Positions 15,001 through 21,188 of a stretch of DNA of 64,000 nt are shown piece by piece. The DNA comes from an uncultured bacterium (GTDB lineage: Bacteria; Oederibacteriota; Oederibacteriia; Oederibacteriales; Oederibacteriaceae): assembly GCA_965112635.1 (NCBI GenBank), contig OZ218778.1, positions 64,001 to 128,000 on the forward strand, read 5' to 3'. The stretch's first letter is position 1. Every line of letters starts with the position of its first letter. The position numbers were made by a program, and so were the translations under genes. The notes below the pieces were generated by a model, which was not told the origin of the DNA, searched no databases, and saw only the letters and a list, made by a program, of their open reading frames with translations.

Positions 15001-16156
15001 CGGCGTTCTGTCCAATGTTGAGGACTAGATGCGGTTGGACATAAAAAGGCACGCCGTTAGTGTTTAGGCCAAAGGCTGTGACCGTGATGTTGCCCAGGCC
15101 CTGGGCGTTGGCAGGAATGGTCGCGGTGACCCTGGTATCGACATTGGGGATACCCGAATAATTGTTGCAACCGGTCGTAGCGACCGCACCAGGGAAGGTA
15201 AATACAGAACTGATGGGTGCACCCTGCTTTTGACCAAAATCTGCGCCGTAAATGGCGATGATATCACCCTGATAACCGTAGACGATGTTCGTAGGGCCGT
15301 AATACTTATTGGCTGTGGTGTTGACAACCATGCTCGTGTAAGCCGAACAGGTCAGACTGCCGTAAATATAAGGCTGAACATTCAAAACACCGTTGGCTTC
15401 GCTTAGGGTGTTATTGTTGGGCAAACTGGTGCCAACCACAAAATACTGCTGTTTGTTGGCCCCAGCCGTGCCGCACTTTTCGTCCAACTCCAGAACCAAC
15501 CGGTCGTAGGCGGTAACAGTCAGGTTTCCCCCAGAATAGGTATAAGTAGCCGTGATGGTGATACCGCCGCTGGCAGAGCTATCGGTCACGCCCGTACTCC
15601 ACGGAGCTGCTGCTGTGCCGATGACATCCCACCCTCTGACGCCATTGTTGCCGTTATTGTGCCAAATATAGCCGTAAACATAGGTGGTCATGCCCATGTT
15701 GGCGTTTTGGAAATGGTAAAGGTTAAAAGCGAATTGGTCACTCGTGCTGATGGTGCAGGCTTGTAACGGGTCTGAGATGAACATCATCGTGTGGTAATAA
15801 GAACCGGAAGCAAAAGAAGTGTTGTAGTTAAAACCCAAAAGGTACGGACCACCGAGGTCAGTAATATCGCTAGTAGAAGTGAAAATATAGGGGACCCAGG
15901 TGCTCGTGGCTCCCACAGGCGTATCACCGGTATTTTGGAAGGACTGGGGTACAGGAAAGTTGATAGGATTGACCGTGGAATTGTATTCAGAGGCCCAACC
16001 TCTCAAATAAAAAGTGCTGGCCGCAGAGGAAAATGAAGGTAAAAGCGCTAAAAATGAAGTAAAAACAAGGAGAAAAACATAGCCCTGACCTAGGCTCAGA
16101 GCCTTTTTCCAGGTCTTTTTCACTAGGTTTTTTTGGCTATTCTCGCTGCTTTCCAT
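1..16156 (-). CDS. Giant secreted surface protein with tandem IPT/TIG-like Ig-fold repeats (3'-partial, >5,385 aa)
   Basis: ATG at 16156 with AAGGGG RBS. Manual translation MESSENSQKNLVKKTWKKALSLGQGYVFLLVFTSFLALLPSFSSAAST resembles a signal peptide. The same frame reads FTVNAAPTFSDTNPSS at positions 2-49. The ORF track lists no closed ORF in this frame, so no internal stop is indicated. GQGA..GxNFG..W motifs recur about every 300 bp; the protein is S/T/N/G-rich. Confidence 0.92.
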   Translation of the reverse strand, partial: MESSENSQKNLVKKTWKKALSLGQGYVFLLVFTSFLALLPSFSSAASTFYLRGWASEYNSTVNPINFPVPQSFQNTGDTPVGATSTWVPYIFTSTSDITDLGGPYLLGFNYNTSFASGSYYHTMMFISDPLQACTISTSDQFAFNLYHFQNANMGMTTYVYGYIWHNNGNNGVRGWDVIGTAAAPWSTGVTDSSASGGITITATYTYSGGNLTVTAYDRLVLELDEKCGTAGANKQQYFVVGTSLPNNNTLSEANGVLNVQPYIYGSLTCSAYTSMVVNTTANKYYGPTNIVYGYQGDIIAIYGADFGQKQGAPISSVFTFPGAVATTGCNNYSGIPNVDTRVTATIPANAQGLGNITVTAFGLNTNGVPFYVQPHLVLNIGQNAGYDGYPCNITENVNGGLLIGGTPQMSVMTGANAPTFTGPTSPSTNTTFVLNGVQTNSGCRTCSAVVGSTFPVIWTNNNDSTKWQDYATVTGTATIIAPPCYSGGVVITVNSVAGNTQIGQGATGVPINFYDPNGTFGAHGTGATCFLDSTAFPSQVLNWANAQSITITVDVSNAANPTYYTLTITGRTDAAPWGGQGYVDQYFPTYPSSNQTLQVVPYSATITNITAGNFLGQNNDIATTVANYPVIITGSGFGNVQGTVSWSGTNCNSASYVSWSDTQIQVLVTTAGAVSGTRTAQVHSGTNGGVSTAQGALFVAPLPTLSNAVPCSPVNMGLQAFALNGQNLRDITIYPGGANPHFGDTTASGTGFNGSVSIVSNGTNIVQSIVSWSDSQITVLVDMSLGGVAANNPTVTVLPNYGGTSAGMSNAAFLKFFAPPNLTSVTPNPAFIGVGNGLGYTSISVKFTGGAGNYNALAAGTIDYGGYDNDFTITSLTAYNNSSVTWVPTFQKGAGDSDVGSGISVYLTEPNSTPTWQSVGAYYQFITIVAGPTITNVQPMDIGVGAQNQTITITGSGSTFGTGGTVNNLSITAGVGAIAVNSITSWATNSIVAVISCNAVASGPATVWVNNPQTGGYKSDGANYLDIDAAPTISSVSPSTLGAGASTTLTINGTGFNGTVNNPSSSTNATVAFGNAGVTGTVLLTTSTTITMSVQVASTATAGNCSITITNNDNQGKAVISSPNPLTVANAPSVTSVQTSFSTSSLGAGCSNQGMTLYGSNFGNSTPSVSFNDGVNDAVGSTGNSTFIPLTMDLSGGGVVTGPCTITVINSDNYGVTKVATLFSVLAPPTFVSETPTGLTLGAPVGQGAQLTITLGGTNFGSNQTGGYVKFTDTNISVTGYTGGWSSSAIGMNLTLSANGGTTFPTTGPQNFTLYTGTSQGYAQAVFYGRITITAHPSIASISPSTIGVGATNVSVTITSDASDFGTSGNLSFGNNINIIGSAVWHGGSSPQYIVANLDCTYATTGNPSITIQNGSDLGINTDNSGKLTISSAPVVSTVSPSTLGQGAHTSLTIQGSGFGNTQGTLSFGSGVSVTGYTSWVSGTIVCTVSVASNATTGPYSITVKRSTDNGVSTSSNALTIINGPNSYNSTIMTVNGKTNVSPPTIGQGATNATINLFDPNGFFGTAQGSVLVDSATGNQNVTSYYINSGGWSANSITLTANISSSATTGYYALTMTAAGSSGYGVGAFNGFKIAPAPSFISITNTANLTYLGQGAYQQQLTIYGGSFGTNQGSVTFSGGNITVTNYSWSTSQIIVTVNVASNAATASSPNRTLTIVNGDNGGQVTTGNVFYVVNAPNALSSTVMTPSSLGQGASNLTVNLFDPNAKFGSNTGTLLLDSATGNANISSYTVQNWSANSITLQATAATNAVAGYYTVTITAATANGAGIGYFNSFWVVSGPSYTSISQAYLGQGATNAVVTISGGGFGSSGTVTVSGTGVSVTSYNSWNNSSISMNVTVANNATTSISANRTLTIVNRTNGGVVTTGNVFYVVPSPNASGSTVMTPAVLGQGASGITVNLYDVNGNFGSNTGTLLLDAASGNTNINPYTLQTWDAHSITLTATVISNATVGYYAVTMTAAAANGSGVGAFNGFQVAAKPTFVSITNTANLNYLGQGATNQQMTIYGSNFGVKTGSVTFSGGGDVTDTVYSWAPSQIVLTVNAASTATTSGSANRTLTIINGDNNGQLTTGNVFYVVPRPNGGSHAVITPSSVGQGASNVTVNLYDTDGYFGSTIGSLLLDYASSNANITSYSIQNWSAYSITLSATVSASAATGYYTVTITAATANGAGIGYFNQFQVASAPTYSGISQAFLGQGATNAVITLSGGGFGSSGTVTISGSGVSVTSYNSWNSSSISMNVSVASNATTSISANRTLNIINGTTGGQVTTGNVFYVVPGPNTSGTTVMTPLSLGQGASGVTVNLYDINGYFGSNTGTLLLDSPGNTNITSYSIQNWSANSITLQASVAGGAVAGYYAVTITAAAANGSGMGAYNGFQVAAKPTFVSITNTANLNYLGQGATNQQLTIYGSNFGVKTGSVTFSGGGDVTDTVYSWGPNQIVLNVNVASTATTSGSANRSLTIINGDNNGQLTTGSVFYVVPRPNGGSHTVITPSSVGQGASGQIINIFDPDGYFGNGVGSLAIDTATGNANINSYPIQAWDAHSITISATVSNGANTGYYSVTITAAASGGAGVGVFNQLRVSSLPTFNTIKNINGDPLLGQGAASATLTIDGGNFGNSQGSVIFSGGGIVITNYSWSNTTIVLTVNVASNATTGGSPNRTLTILNGDNGGQLTTPNEFYVIPRPNAGSHTVVTPGNIGQGASGATINLFDPDGYFGNNAGTVLLDAASGNTNFTSYLVSRWSANSITLTASVASAAVQGYYAVTLTANANNGSGIGSVNLLHVVGAPTFTSINGGATAYLGQGATGATINIVGTNFGSGGSVIISGGGITITNTVWSGTLITLTVNVDPAANTAGSPNRTITIINNDNLGQLTTSPIFYIVPKPNGGSHTVMTPSSVGQGASNSIINLFDPDGYFGANTGSVQLDTASGNANITSYSIQNWSANSITLSATVSNSAGTGYYTVTITAATASGAGVGYFNSFQVVNGPSYSSLSQSYLGQGATNATLTISGGGLGSSGTVTFSGTGLSVTGYPTWSNSSIVMTVSVATNAATSGSPNRILTITNGGNKGQLTTSNVFYVVPGPNSSGTTVMTPSSLGQGASGVTVNLYDINGYFGSNTGTLLLDAATGNANITSYSIQNWSANSITLQATVAGSAVAGYYAVTITAAAANGSGMGAYNGFQVAAKPTFVSITNTANLNYLGQGATNQQLTIYGSNFGVKTGTVIFSGGGDVTDTVYSWGPNQIVLNVNVASTATTSGSANRSLTIINGDNNGQLTTGSVFYVVPRPNAGSHAVITPLSVGQGASGEIINIFDPDGYFGAATGSLVIDTATGNANINSYPIQAWDAHSITISATVSNAAVTGYYAVTITAASASGAGVGTFNQLQVVGLPTFNTVKNVNGDPLLGQGATAATLTIQGGNFGNSQGSVIFSGGGIVITNYSWSSTTIVLTVNVATGATTGSSPNRTLTIINGDNGGQLTTPNEFYVIPRPNAGSHTVVTPANIGQGASGATINLFDPDGYFGSNTGTVLLDAASGNTNFTSYLVSRWSANSITLTSSVSSTAVLGYYALTITASPNNGSGVGYFNLLHVVGAPTFTSINGGATAYLGQGATGATVNIVGTNFGSAGSVTFSGGGITITNTVWSSTLITLTVNVDPSANTAGSPNRTLTIFCSDNDGQLTTSPIFYIVPKPNANNHTIMIPAAVGQGASGATINLFDPDGYFGANIGSLLLDAGSGNSNVTSYNIKAWDAHSITLTANISGSAVVGYYAVTITAATSSGQGIGVFNQFQIAVPPTYDNSSPSYLGQGATGATLTINGSYFGVHQGTVSISGGGITITNYNWGSGQIVLTVSVDPAASTSAVANRTFTITNGDNGGQVTTGNVFYVVPKPNANNHTVMTAGSIGQGATATLNLFDPDGYFGSSMGSLLLDSATGNSNITAYNPTTWDAHSITMTATVSSSAVPGYYSVTITAATSSGQGIGAFSKFQIVSAPTFVSITNSANLNYLGQGATQQQLTIYGSNFGTNQGTVSFSGGGITVTNYNWSPSLIVLTVNVDPAAATASSPNRFLTITNGDNGGKLVTGSAFYVVPKPNAGSHGVMTPVSLGEGATNATVNIFDPDGYFGVQTGSLLLDQATGNANIWPYTIQAWDAHSITLTATVSNSAATGYYSVTITAAAGSGSGIGAYSQFQIALPPTYSGIDHAFLGQGATGATLTISGGNFGTHQGSVTISGGGVTITNYAWSPNSIVLTVNVDPAAATSGTPNRTLIIVNGDNNGQITTAAVFYVVPKPNSTGSTVITPGTLGINCSNITLNLFDPAGYFGSSTGSVVINDPNVTLGSITAWSANSITLTATVGASATVGYHTLTVTAGTASGSGVGGVSGKFQVAPAPVFSTINGGATAYLGQGATGATVTVAGSNFGSNQGAVTFSGTGVTVVNYSWSNTLITMTVNVASNAATAGSANRTLTIVNGDNSGQTTTSPVFYVVPKPNANSHTVVNPTGLGQGANNVVINLFDPDGYFGATTGSIITDDPDITLGLPTAWSANSITLTASVSSGAAYGYFTLTVTAATGSGSGVGTIYNGIQVNHPPTFTSINPANVGQGAQGVTLVINGNYFSNTQGTVTFSAAGISVTGYTKWTSNEIDCTVNISPTTTQGSCNISITNGQDGGKSTFNNQFIVDFKPSLNSASPTSLGQGSQGQVVTIGGNYFGSTGTITFSNNINVTGVTWGTSSIQATLDCSSATTGPVTVTIINGVDYGRNSSSTIFTINPGPTFTSVTPNNLGEGASNQTLTIVGTNFSNTQGTVVFSGVGISVTGYTSWGTNQIVLTANIASNATQGTCNITVTNGLDSGTATFANQFTVNGKPSVTACTPSSRGIGATAQSVTITGSNFGTSTGTINFSNNVGVTTINSWSSNSILVTLDCSAATAGSATISVTNATDHGTGTSSGMFTVNPAPSFSNMNPNVLGQGALNKTITLNGGNFGGSQGVVTFSAAGVSVTGYSSWNATQIVLTVNIGSATPTGLGNITVYNNTDAGKATFNNVFSVASAPTFTSCSPSSRGQGSSGQTVTIVGTNFGVATGSINFSNGVVVSSVNGWGTSSISVTLDCSGATAGPATVTVINGDNFGQATSASGFFTVNPNATFTSITPNNRGQGANNQTLIISGTNFGSVQGTVSFSTAGINVTGYTAWSSTAITLTANISSSAATGISNLTVTNGSDNGSATFTGVFTVNPAPSATLITPSSRGQGSSAQSLTITGSNFGNITGTVSFGSAGLSVASYGTWTNTSIQININVASGATVGSSTVNIVKGSDAGQATFSGLFTVNAAPTFSDTNPSS
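5030..9190. repeat. Intragenic duplication with 2,409-bp offset; a further 1,200-bp offset copy extends to about 10,400
   Basis: GTGATGGAATGAGCGTCCCAGGCCTGGATCGGGTAGCTGTTAATGTTGGCGTT occurs at 5943 and 8352. Near-identical antisense ORFs start at 6162, 8571 and 9771. Boundaries are approximate. Confidence 0.85.
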
Positions 16157-16235
16157 GATTTCCCCTTATTTTTCCTATGTTTTCTGACTCTATTCAGTTC
16201 ACATAGGCTTTTCTTCTACTGGTATTAACATATAA

Positions 16236-16252
16236 AGCAATTCCCGTGCCAA
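16236..16252 (-). promoter_or_regulatory. Sigma54 (-24/-12) promoter of the giant surface-protein gene
   Basis: Minus strand reads TTGGCACGGGAATTGCT, matching the TGGCACG-N4-TTGC consensus with GG-N10-GC spacing, about 80 bp upstream of the ATG. Confidence 0.9.
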
Positions 16253-16391
16253 ACTGCCCAAATTTAATATTTTTTAACTATTTATTCGATTTTTAAGAAT
16301 TTTGATTGGTTTTAAAGGAGATATAATTTTATTGCTTTAGGGTTTTATTAGGGTTACCAAATGCTTATAAAGGCTTAAAGGCTTTTTGGGG

Positions 16392-16426
16392 TGGTCAGAA
16401 ATTAACCACTGGTCAATAATTGACCA
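16392..16426. promoter_or_regulatory. Two tandem 17-bp palindromes, putative upstream activator sequence for an NtrC-family activator
   Basis: TGGTCAGAAATTAACCA (16392-16408) and the perfect palindrome TGGTCAATAATTGACCA (16410-16426), 18 bp apart, separated from the sigma54 promoter by an AT-rich spacer. Confidence 0.7.
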
Positions 16427-16470
16427 ATCGGCAAAAGTTGGGAAAATATTTTTGGGAGTTGAAAAGCGGG

Positions 16471-17833
16471 CTAAACGGACCGACGGCGGTGGCGCGCCTT
16501 TATCCGATTCCTCTTGATCTTGGCCCGCAGGGTGGAACGGGTGATACCGAGGATTTTGGCGGCTTTGGTCAGGTTGAATTTGGTAGTGTCTAAAACCCTT
16601 AAAATATGGTCCTTTTCCACCATTTCCAGGGAATGGTGCGCATCTTCTCTCCGTAAAAAAGTGGGTTCCAGAGGCAGGAACTCCGCCTCCATGATGTTCT
16701 TTTTTTCCAGCAAGACTCCGCGCTCTATCACATTTTTTAACTCCCGCACATTGCCCGGCCAGTCATAGGCCAGGATCATGTTCTCCGCCTGCTTGCTGAA
16801 AGCCTTGATCTTTTTCTTGAAGGTCTTGTTAAACTCTTTTAAAAAATGTTTGGCGAGGACCAGGATGTCCTCCTGGCGTTCCCTCAGGGGCGGAATATGG
16901 AGCGGGATGACCTTAAGCCGGTAATAGAGGTCCTCCCTGAACTTGCGGTCGTGAACCGCCTCTTCCAGGTCCTTGTTGGTCGCGGCAATGATGCGCACAT
17001 CCACTTTGACGTCCTGAGTGCCGCCGACCCGCTTGAAAGTTTTGTTCTCCAGAAATCTCAAAAGCTTGACCTGCGCGGTCAGAGGCATTTCGCCGACCTC
17101 ATCCAGGAACAGGAACCCTCCGTGGGCCATCTCGAACAGTCCTTTTTTGAGCTTGTGCGCTCCGGTAAAAGCGCCTTCCTCGTAACCAAAGAGTTCGCTC
17201 TCCAGCAACGTTTCCGGGATGGCCGCGCAGTTGACCTCCATGAACGGCTTAGAGGATCGCCGGCTCTTGTAAAAGATAGTGCGGGCCAAAAGCTCCTTGC
17301 CTGTGCCGGTCTCGCCCTGGATGAGGATAGTGGGCGCTTCGCTGCGGGCAATGGTCTCGGCCATCTCGTAAAGGGCTTTCATCTTTTTGGAACTGCCCAT
17401 GACAAAGCCGGTCTCGAACTGGCTCTTGGCCTGCTGGCGCGTCCGGCTGACCTCTTCTTTAAGCTCATGTGTTTCCATAGCCTTGCGGATAGTGTGCTTG
17501 AGTTCGGCGATATCAAAGGGCTTATTGATGTAATCGTAGGCGCCCAGCTTCATGGCCAGGACCACAGTGGAAGTATCGCCGTAGGCGGTGATCATGATGA
17601 CCGGAATGTCCATTCGATTCTTTGGGTTTTAATTTTTTGAGCATGTCCAGGCCGCTCATGTCCGGCAGCCGGATATCGAACAGGGCCAGGTCTGGTTCCA
17701 ACTTTTTGAATTTGGCCATCCCCTCTTTGCCCGTGGCCGCTGTTTCCACGGTATACCCTTCGTCTTTGAACGCTTCGGACAAGGACCATCTCAGGATTTT
17801 TTCATCATCTACCACTAGGATTGTTTTGGGCAT
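16471..17833 (-). pseudogene. NtrC/AtoC-family sigma54 response regulator (REC-AAA+-HTH) split by a +1 frameshift near 17614-17630
   Basis: ORF 17522-17833 gives the receiver N-half (ILVVDDE..LFDIRLPDMSG). ORF 16471-17613 continues with IPVIMITAYG, GETGTGKE, GAFTGA, WPGNVREL and a Fis-type HTH. Fused length would be about 453 aa. May be a sequencing error. Confidence 0.85.
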
Positions 17834-17847
17834 AACGACTCTCCTCT

Positions 17848-20800
17848 TTAAGACTGCCGGGGCACCGGCAGGATGACCGTGAAGGTCGTGCCTTTGTCCT
17901 TTTGGCTGTTGACCATGATCTTGCCGCCGTATTCCACCACGATCTGGTTGGCGATGGAGAGGCCCAGCCCGGACCCCTCCTGTTTGGTCGTGAAGAACGG
18001 GTCAAATACGCGGTTGAGGTTCTCCTTGGCAATGCCCACCCCGGTATCCATCACGGAAAACTCCACCCACGCCTTTTTGGCCGAGGGAGCCGCGCCCTTT
18101 TGCGTAAGGAGGACCAGTTTTCCGCCGTGGGGCATGGCCTGGACGGCGTTGAGGATGAGGTTCAAAAATACCTGCTGGATCTGCTTGGGGTCGGCGTGGA
18201 TCTGGGGCAGGTTCTTATCCAGCTTCTGGATAAGGTTGATCTTCTGGGGGGTCTTGCCGCCCGGGAAAATGAACGGTAAAACCCTGTCTATTTGCTTGTT
18301 GATGTCGATAAGCTCCATTTTTGGCTTGCCGGAACGCGTGAAATTGAGGGTGTTGTTGACCACAGCGTCCAGCCTCTTGACCTCGCTCAGGGTCCGGTCG
18401 ATGTAGTTCTTGGCCTGGTCCTGCGTCACCTTATCCCTTAAAAGCTGCAGGGTCGTGCTGATGCCGGCAAGCGGGTTCTTGATCTCGTGGGCGATGCCGG
18501 CGGACATCTGCCCGATGGCGGCCAGCCTGTCCTGGCGCCGGCCATGCTCCTCCATTTCCTTGATCTTGGTCAGGTCCGTGAACACGCCGATCACCCCGTC
18601 CACTCCCTTGTTGTTGTCCCCGCTCAGGACCGACAGGCTCATCCCCACCAGCAGGGTGCGGCCGTCGCTGGCTCTCACCGTGGTCTCGATATGCCGCAGG
18701 GCTCTCTTGGACTTGAGTACTCTGGCAAAGACCCCGTCCTCTTTTTGGGGCGGTATGAAATACTCCTCCACCGGCTTTCCGATCACGTCCGCGAACCGGT
18801 AGCCCAGGATCTCTTCGGCGGAGCGGTTAAAGGTGGTGATGTTCTTGTCGGCGTCCACGGTCACCACGCCGCTGCTCATGCTCCACAACATCTTCTCGTT
18901 GTACTCCAGCAGTTTCTTGAGCCGGCTGTTGGCTTCCTGGACCTTGCGGGTGGCCACCCACACCTCTCTCCTGGACTCCAGGATGAAAAGCAGGATCAAA
19001 AACGCCACCAGGAACGCGAACCAGTTGGTCGTCTTGGACCGGCAGTGGATAATATAAAGGGTCTTGGCCTTCAAAAGATCGGTCAGGGAGAGCCTCCAGA
19101 ACGCCTCCCGGTCCCCGACCTTTTTGCCGTTGGTCTGGACCACGCTGGAGGGCATCTGCACCTGCACCTCCACCATCATGGTGTTGATCATGGTCCGGGC
19201 CAGTCCCTTGCCCAGGCTTTCCATCAGGTCGTTCAAAAGGGTTTCCCGGTAGTCGTAGTAGGTGAAGAACACGTTGGTGCGCTTGGAGAAGGTGATTGGG
19301 TATTGCTTGGCCAGTTCGTCGAAGTTGGGGTACTCGCCCATGATCTGGAAATGGTACTTGCCGTCCTTGACGAACTCCGTTTTCCACAGGGCGCCCTTCT
19401 GGGTATTCTCCTTATAAACATCCGGCTGGCGGAACATGGCATCCACGATGACCTCGATCTCGCGCCTGCAGGACCCCTCCGGCCTGACCAGGGTGGTGAT
19501 CTGGACGATGGGCTGGTCGATGAGGTCGATCACGTACATGTCGGGGCGGTCTAAAAGATTTATCCTGCCGTCGCCGTTGGTGTCCCGACGCCAGCTTTCA
19601 AAGACCATTTTCTTGCCGTCCGGGAAGAACGAAAGGAGCTGGTTGTCATAGCGGTCCGAAACGACCAGCCTTTCCTCTTCCCCGTTGATATTGACCAGAT
19701 AGATGTCCCGGTTGTCCCCGGTATCGATCTTCCCGTTGTGGTTGGTGTCCCGTCGCCAGCTCTGGAAAACGATCTTACGGCTGTCCGGGGTGAAGGCCGC
19801 GAACTCATTGTCAAAGCGGTCGCTGACCACGGCCACCTCTTCCCCACCCGAGGTGGGAACAAGGTAGATGCCCCGGTTGTCCTTGTAGTTGATCATCCCG
19901 TCGGCGTTGGCGTCCCGGCGCCAGCTCTCATAAGCCACCCATTTGCCGTCCGGGGAAAAAGAAAGGAAATTGTTTTCATACCCGTTGGCCACCAGGGTCC
20001 TCACATCCCCGCCTCTGGCCCTGACCACCATCAGGCTGTCCTTGCCTTTCTCGAAATCTTTGCCTTGAAAAAGGATATACCGGCCGTCCGGCGAAAAGAC
20101 CGCCTTTTTGATGTAATACTGGGGCGGAACGACCAGGTGTTCGCTGCCGCTCAAGTCCACGGTGTACAGACTGCAGTGGTCCTTGGCGTCTATCTTGCCG
20201 TCGCCGTTGGTATCCTCCCTCCAGCTCTGGTAAAGGACCATGTTCCCATCCGGGGAAACAGCCGGGGCGTAATGGAGGTATTTGCCGCTCACCAGGCAGT
20301 GTTCCTCCCCACCGTTGGCATCGACCCAATAGATGCCGCTGTGGTCCTTGAAATCGATCTTGCCGTCCCCGTTGGTGTCCTCCCGGTAGCTTTCGAAAAG
20401 GATCTTGGTCCCGTCCGGAAAGAATTGGGGCGACACATTGATGGTGTTCTTGCTAGTGATCTGCTTTTTGTTCCCGCCGTCAATATCCATGATGAGAAGC
20501 GAGCTGTATTCCCCTTCGCCTATCTCTCGGCCCTGCCAGCTCTGGAACACGATCCGTTTGCCGTCCGGCGAGAACGCCGGCGAGAAGTCCTCTTCCATGG
20601 CTGAGGGGGTATTTTTTGGCCACCCCGGAGATCTCGATCAAGCGCCTCAGGATGTATTTGTTGGGGCGCAGCTTGATGGCCTGCAGGAAGCTGCTGATCA
20701 GCTCCTGAGGGTTGGCGGATTTTTTGTAATAGGCGGCCCCTTTTTCCTGGAAACGGCTGATATCCGACTGGACACTTTGGAGGACTGAGGCGAAATCCTG

Positions 20801-20977
20801 GATGGCCTGGTTGAACTGGTAGATATCGAGGACCTTGGCACCGCTCTCCGACTGGCTGCTTTTGACCGCGGTGTTCTGGGGCGCAACGCTAGGCTTAGCG
20901 GGCAAAAAAGACGGCATCAGGGCTGGTAAAGTAAAGAACATAACAGCCAAGGCTATAATGATGATTTTACGCCGCAT
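17848..20977 (-). pseudogene. Membrane sensor histidine kinase (PD40/TolB-like propeller, TM, PAS, HisKA, HATPase) split by a +1 frameshift near 20600-20638
   Basis: The N-terminal signal/TM segment MRRKIIIIALAVMFF (ATG 20977) is in a different frame from the 916-aa ORF. That ORF has FSPDG repeats, a TM helix, PAS, H-box AHEIKNPL, N-box and G boxes. Fused length would be about 1,042 aa. May be a sequencing error. Confidence 0.82.
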
Positions 20978-21025
20978 CTCCGCTTTCCTTCTTTTAACGA
21001 TAGCCCTCATCTTGGCGGCAAAATT

Positions 21026-21160
21026 TAACAGGCTGCTGAAAAAACCCAATAGAGTGTCCTCTAGCAGCCTGTTACGTCGCAAATCCATAGGGATTTGCGA
21101 CGTTGTAGATTCAAATAAATCCTAAAAAAATCTCTTGGAGGAACTTTTTTATAACACCCT
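21026..21160. repeat. Intergenic double hairpin / possible MITE-like remnant
   Basis: Perfect 12-bp IR TAACAGGCTGCT (21026-21037)/AGCAGCCTGTTA (21063-21074). Perfect 13-bp stem ACGTCGCAAATCC-ATAG-GGATTTGCGACGT (21074-21103). Imperfect outer IR AGGCTGCTGAAAAAA ... TTTTTTATAACACCCT. Confidence 0.55.
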
Positions 21161-21188
21161 TTTAATTATCAAAAACCAAATTGAAAAC

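Noticed and set aside
213-16036. Dozens of plus-strand and short minus-strand ORFs, some over 500 aa
   Set aside because: Antisense or off-frame shadows of the giant minus-strand repeat gene.
16260-16380. IHF site between the enhancer and the sigma54 promoter
   Set aside because: AT-rich, but the best candidate (AATCAAAATTCTT) misses the WATCAA-N4-TTR consensus; not called.
20480-21088. 202-aa ORF as an independent gene
   Set aside because: Better explained as the frameshifted 5' part of the kinase, with real start 20977.
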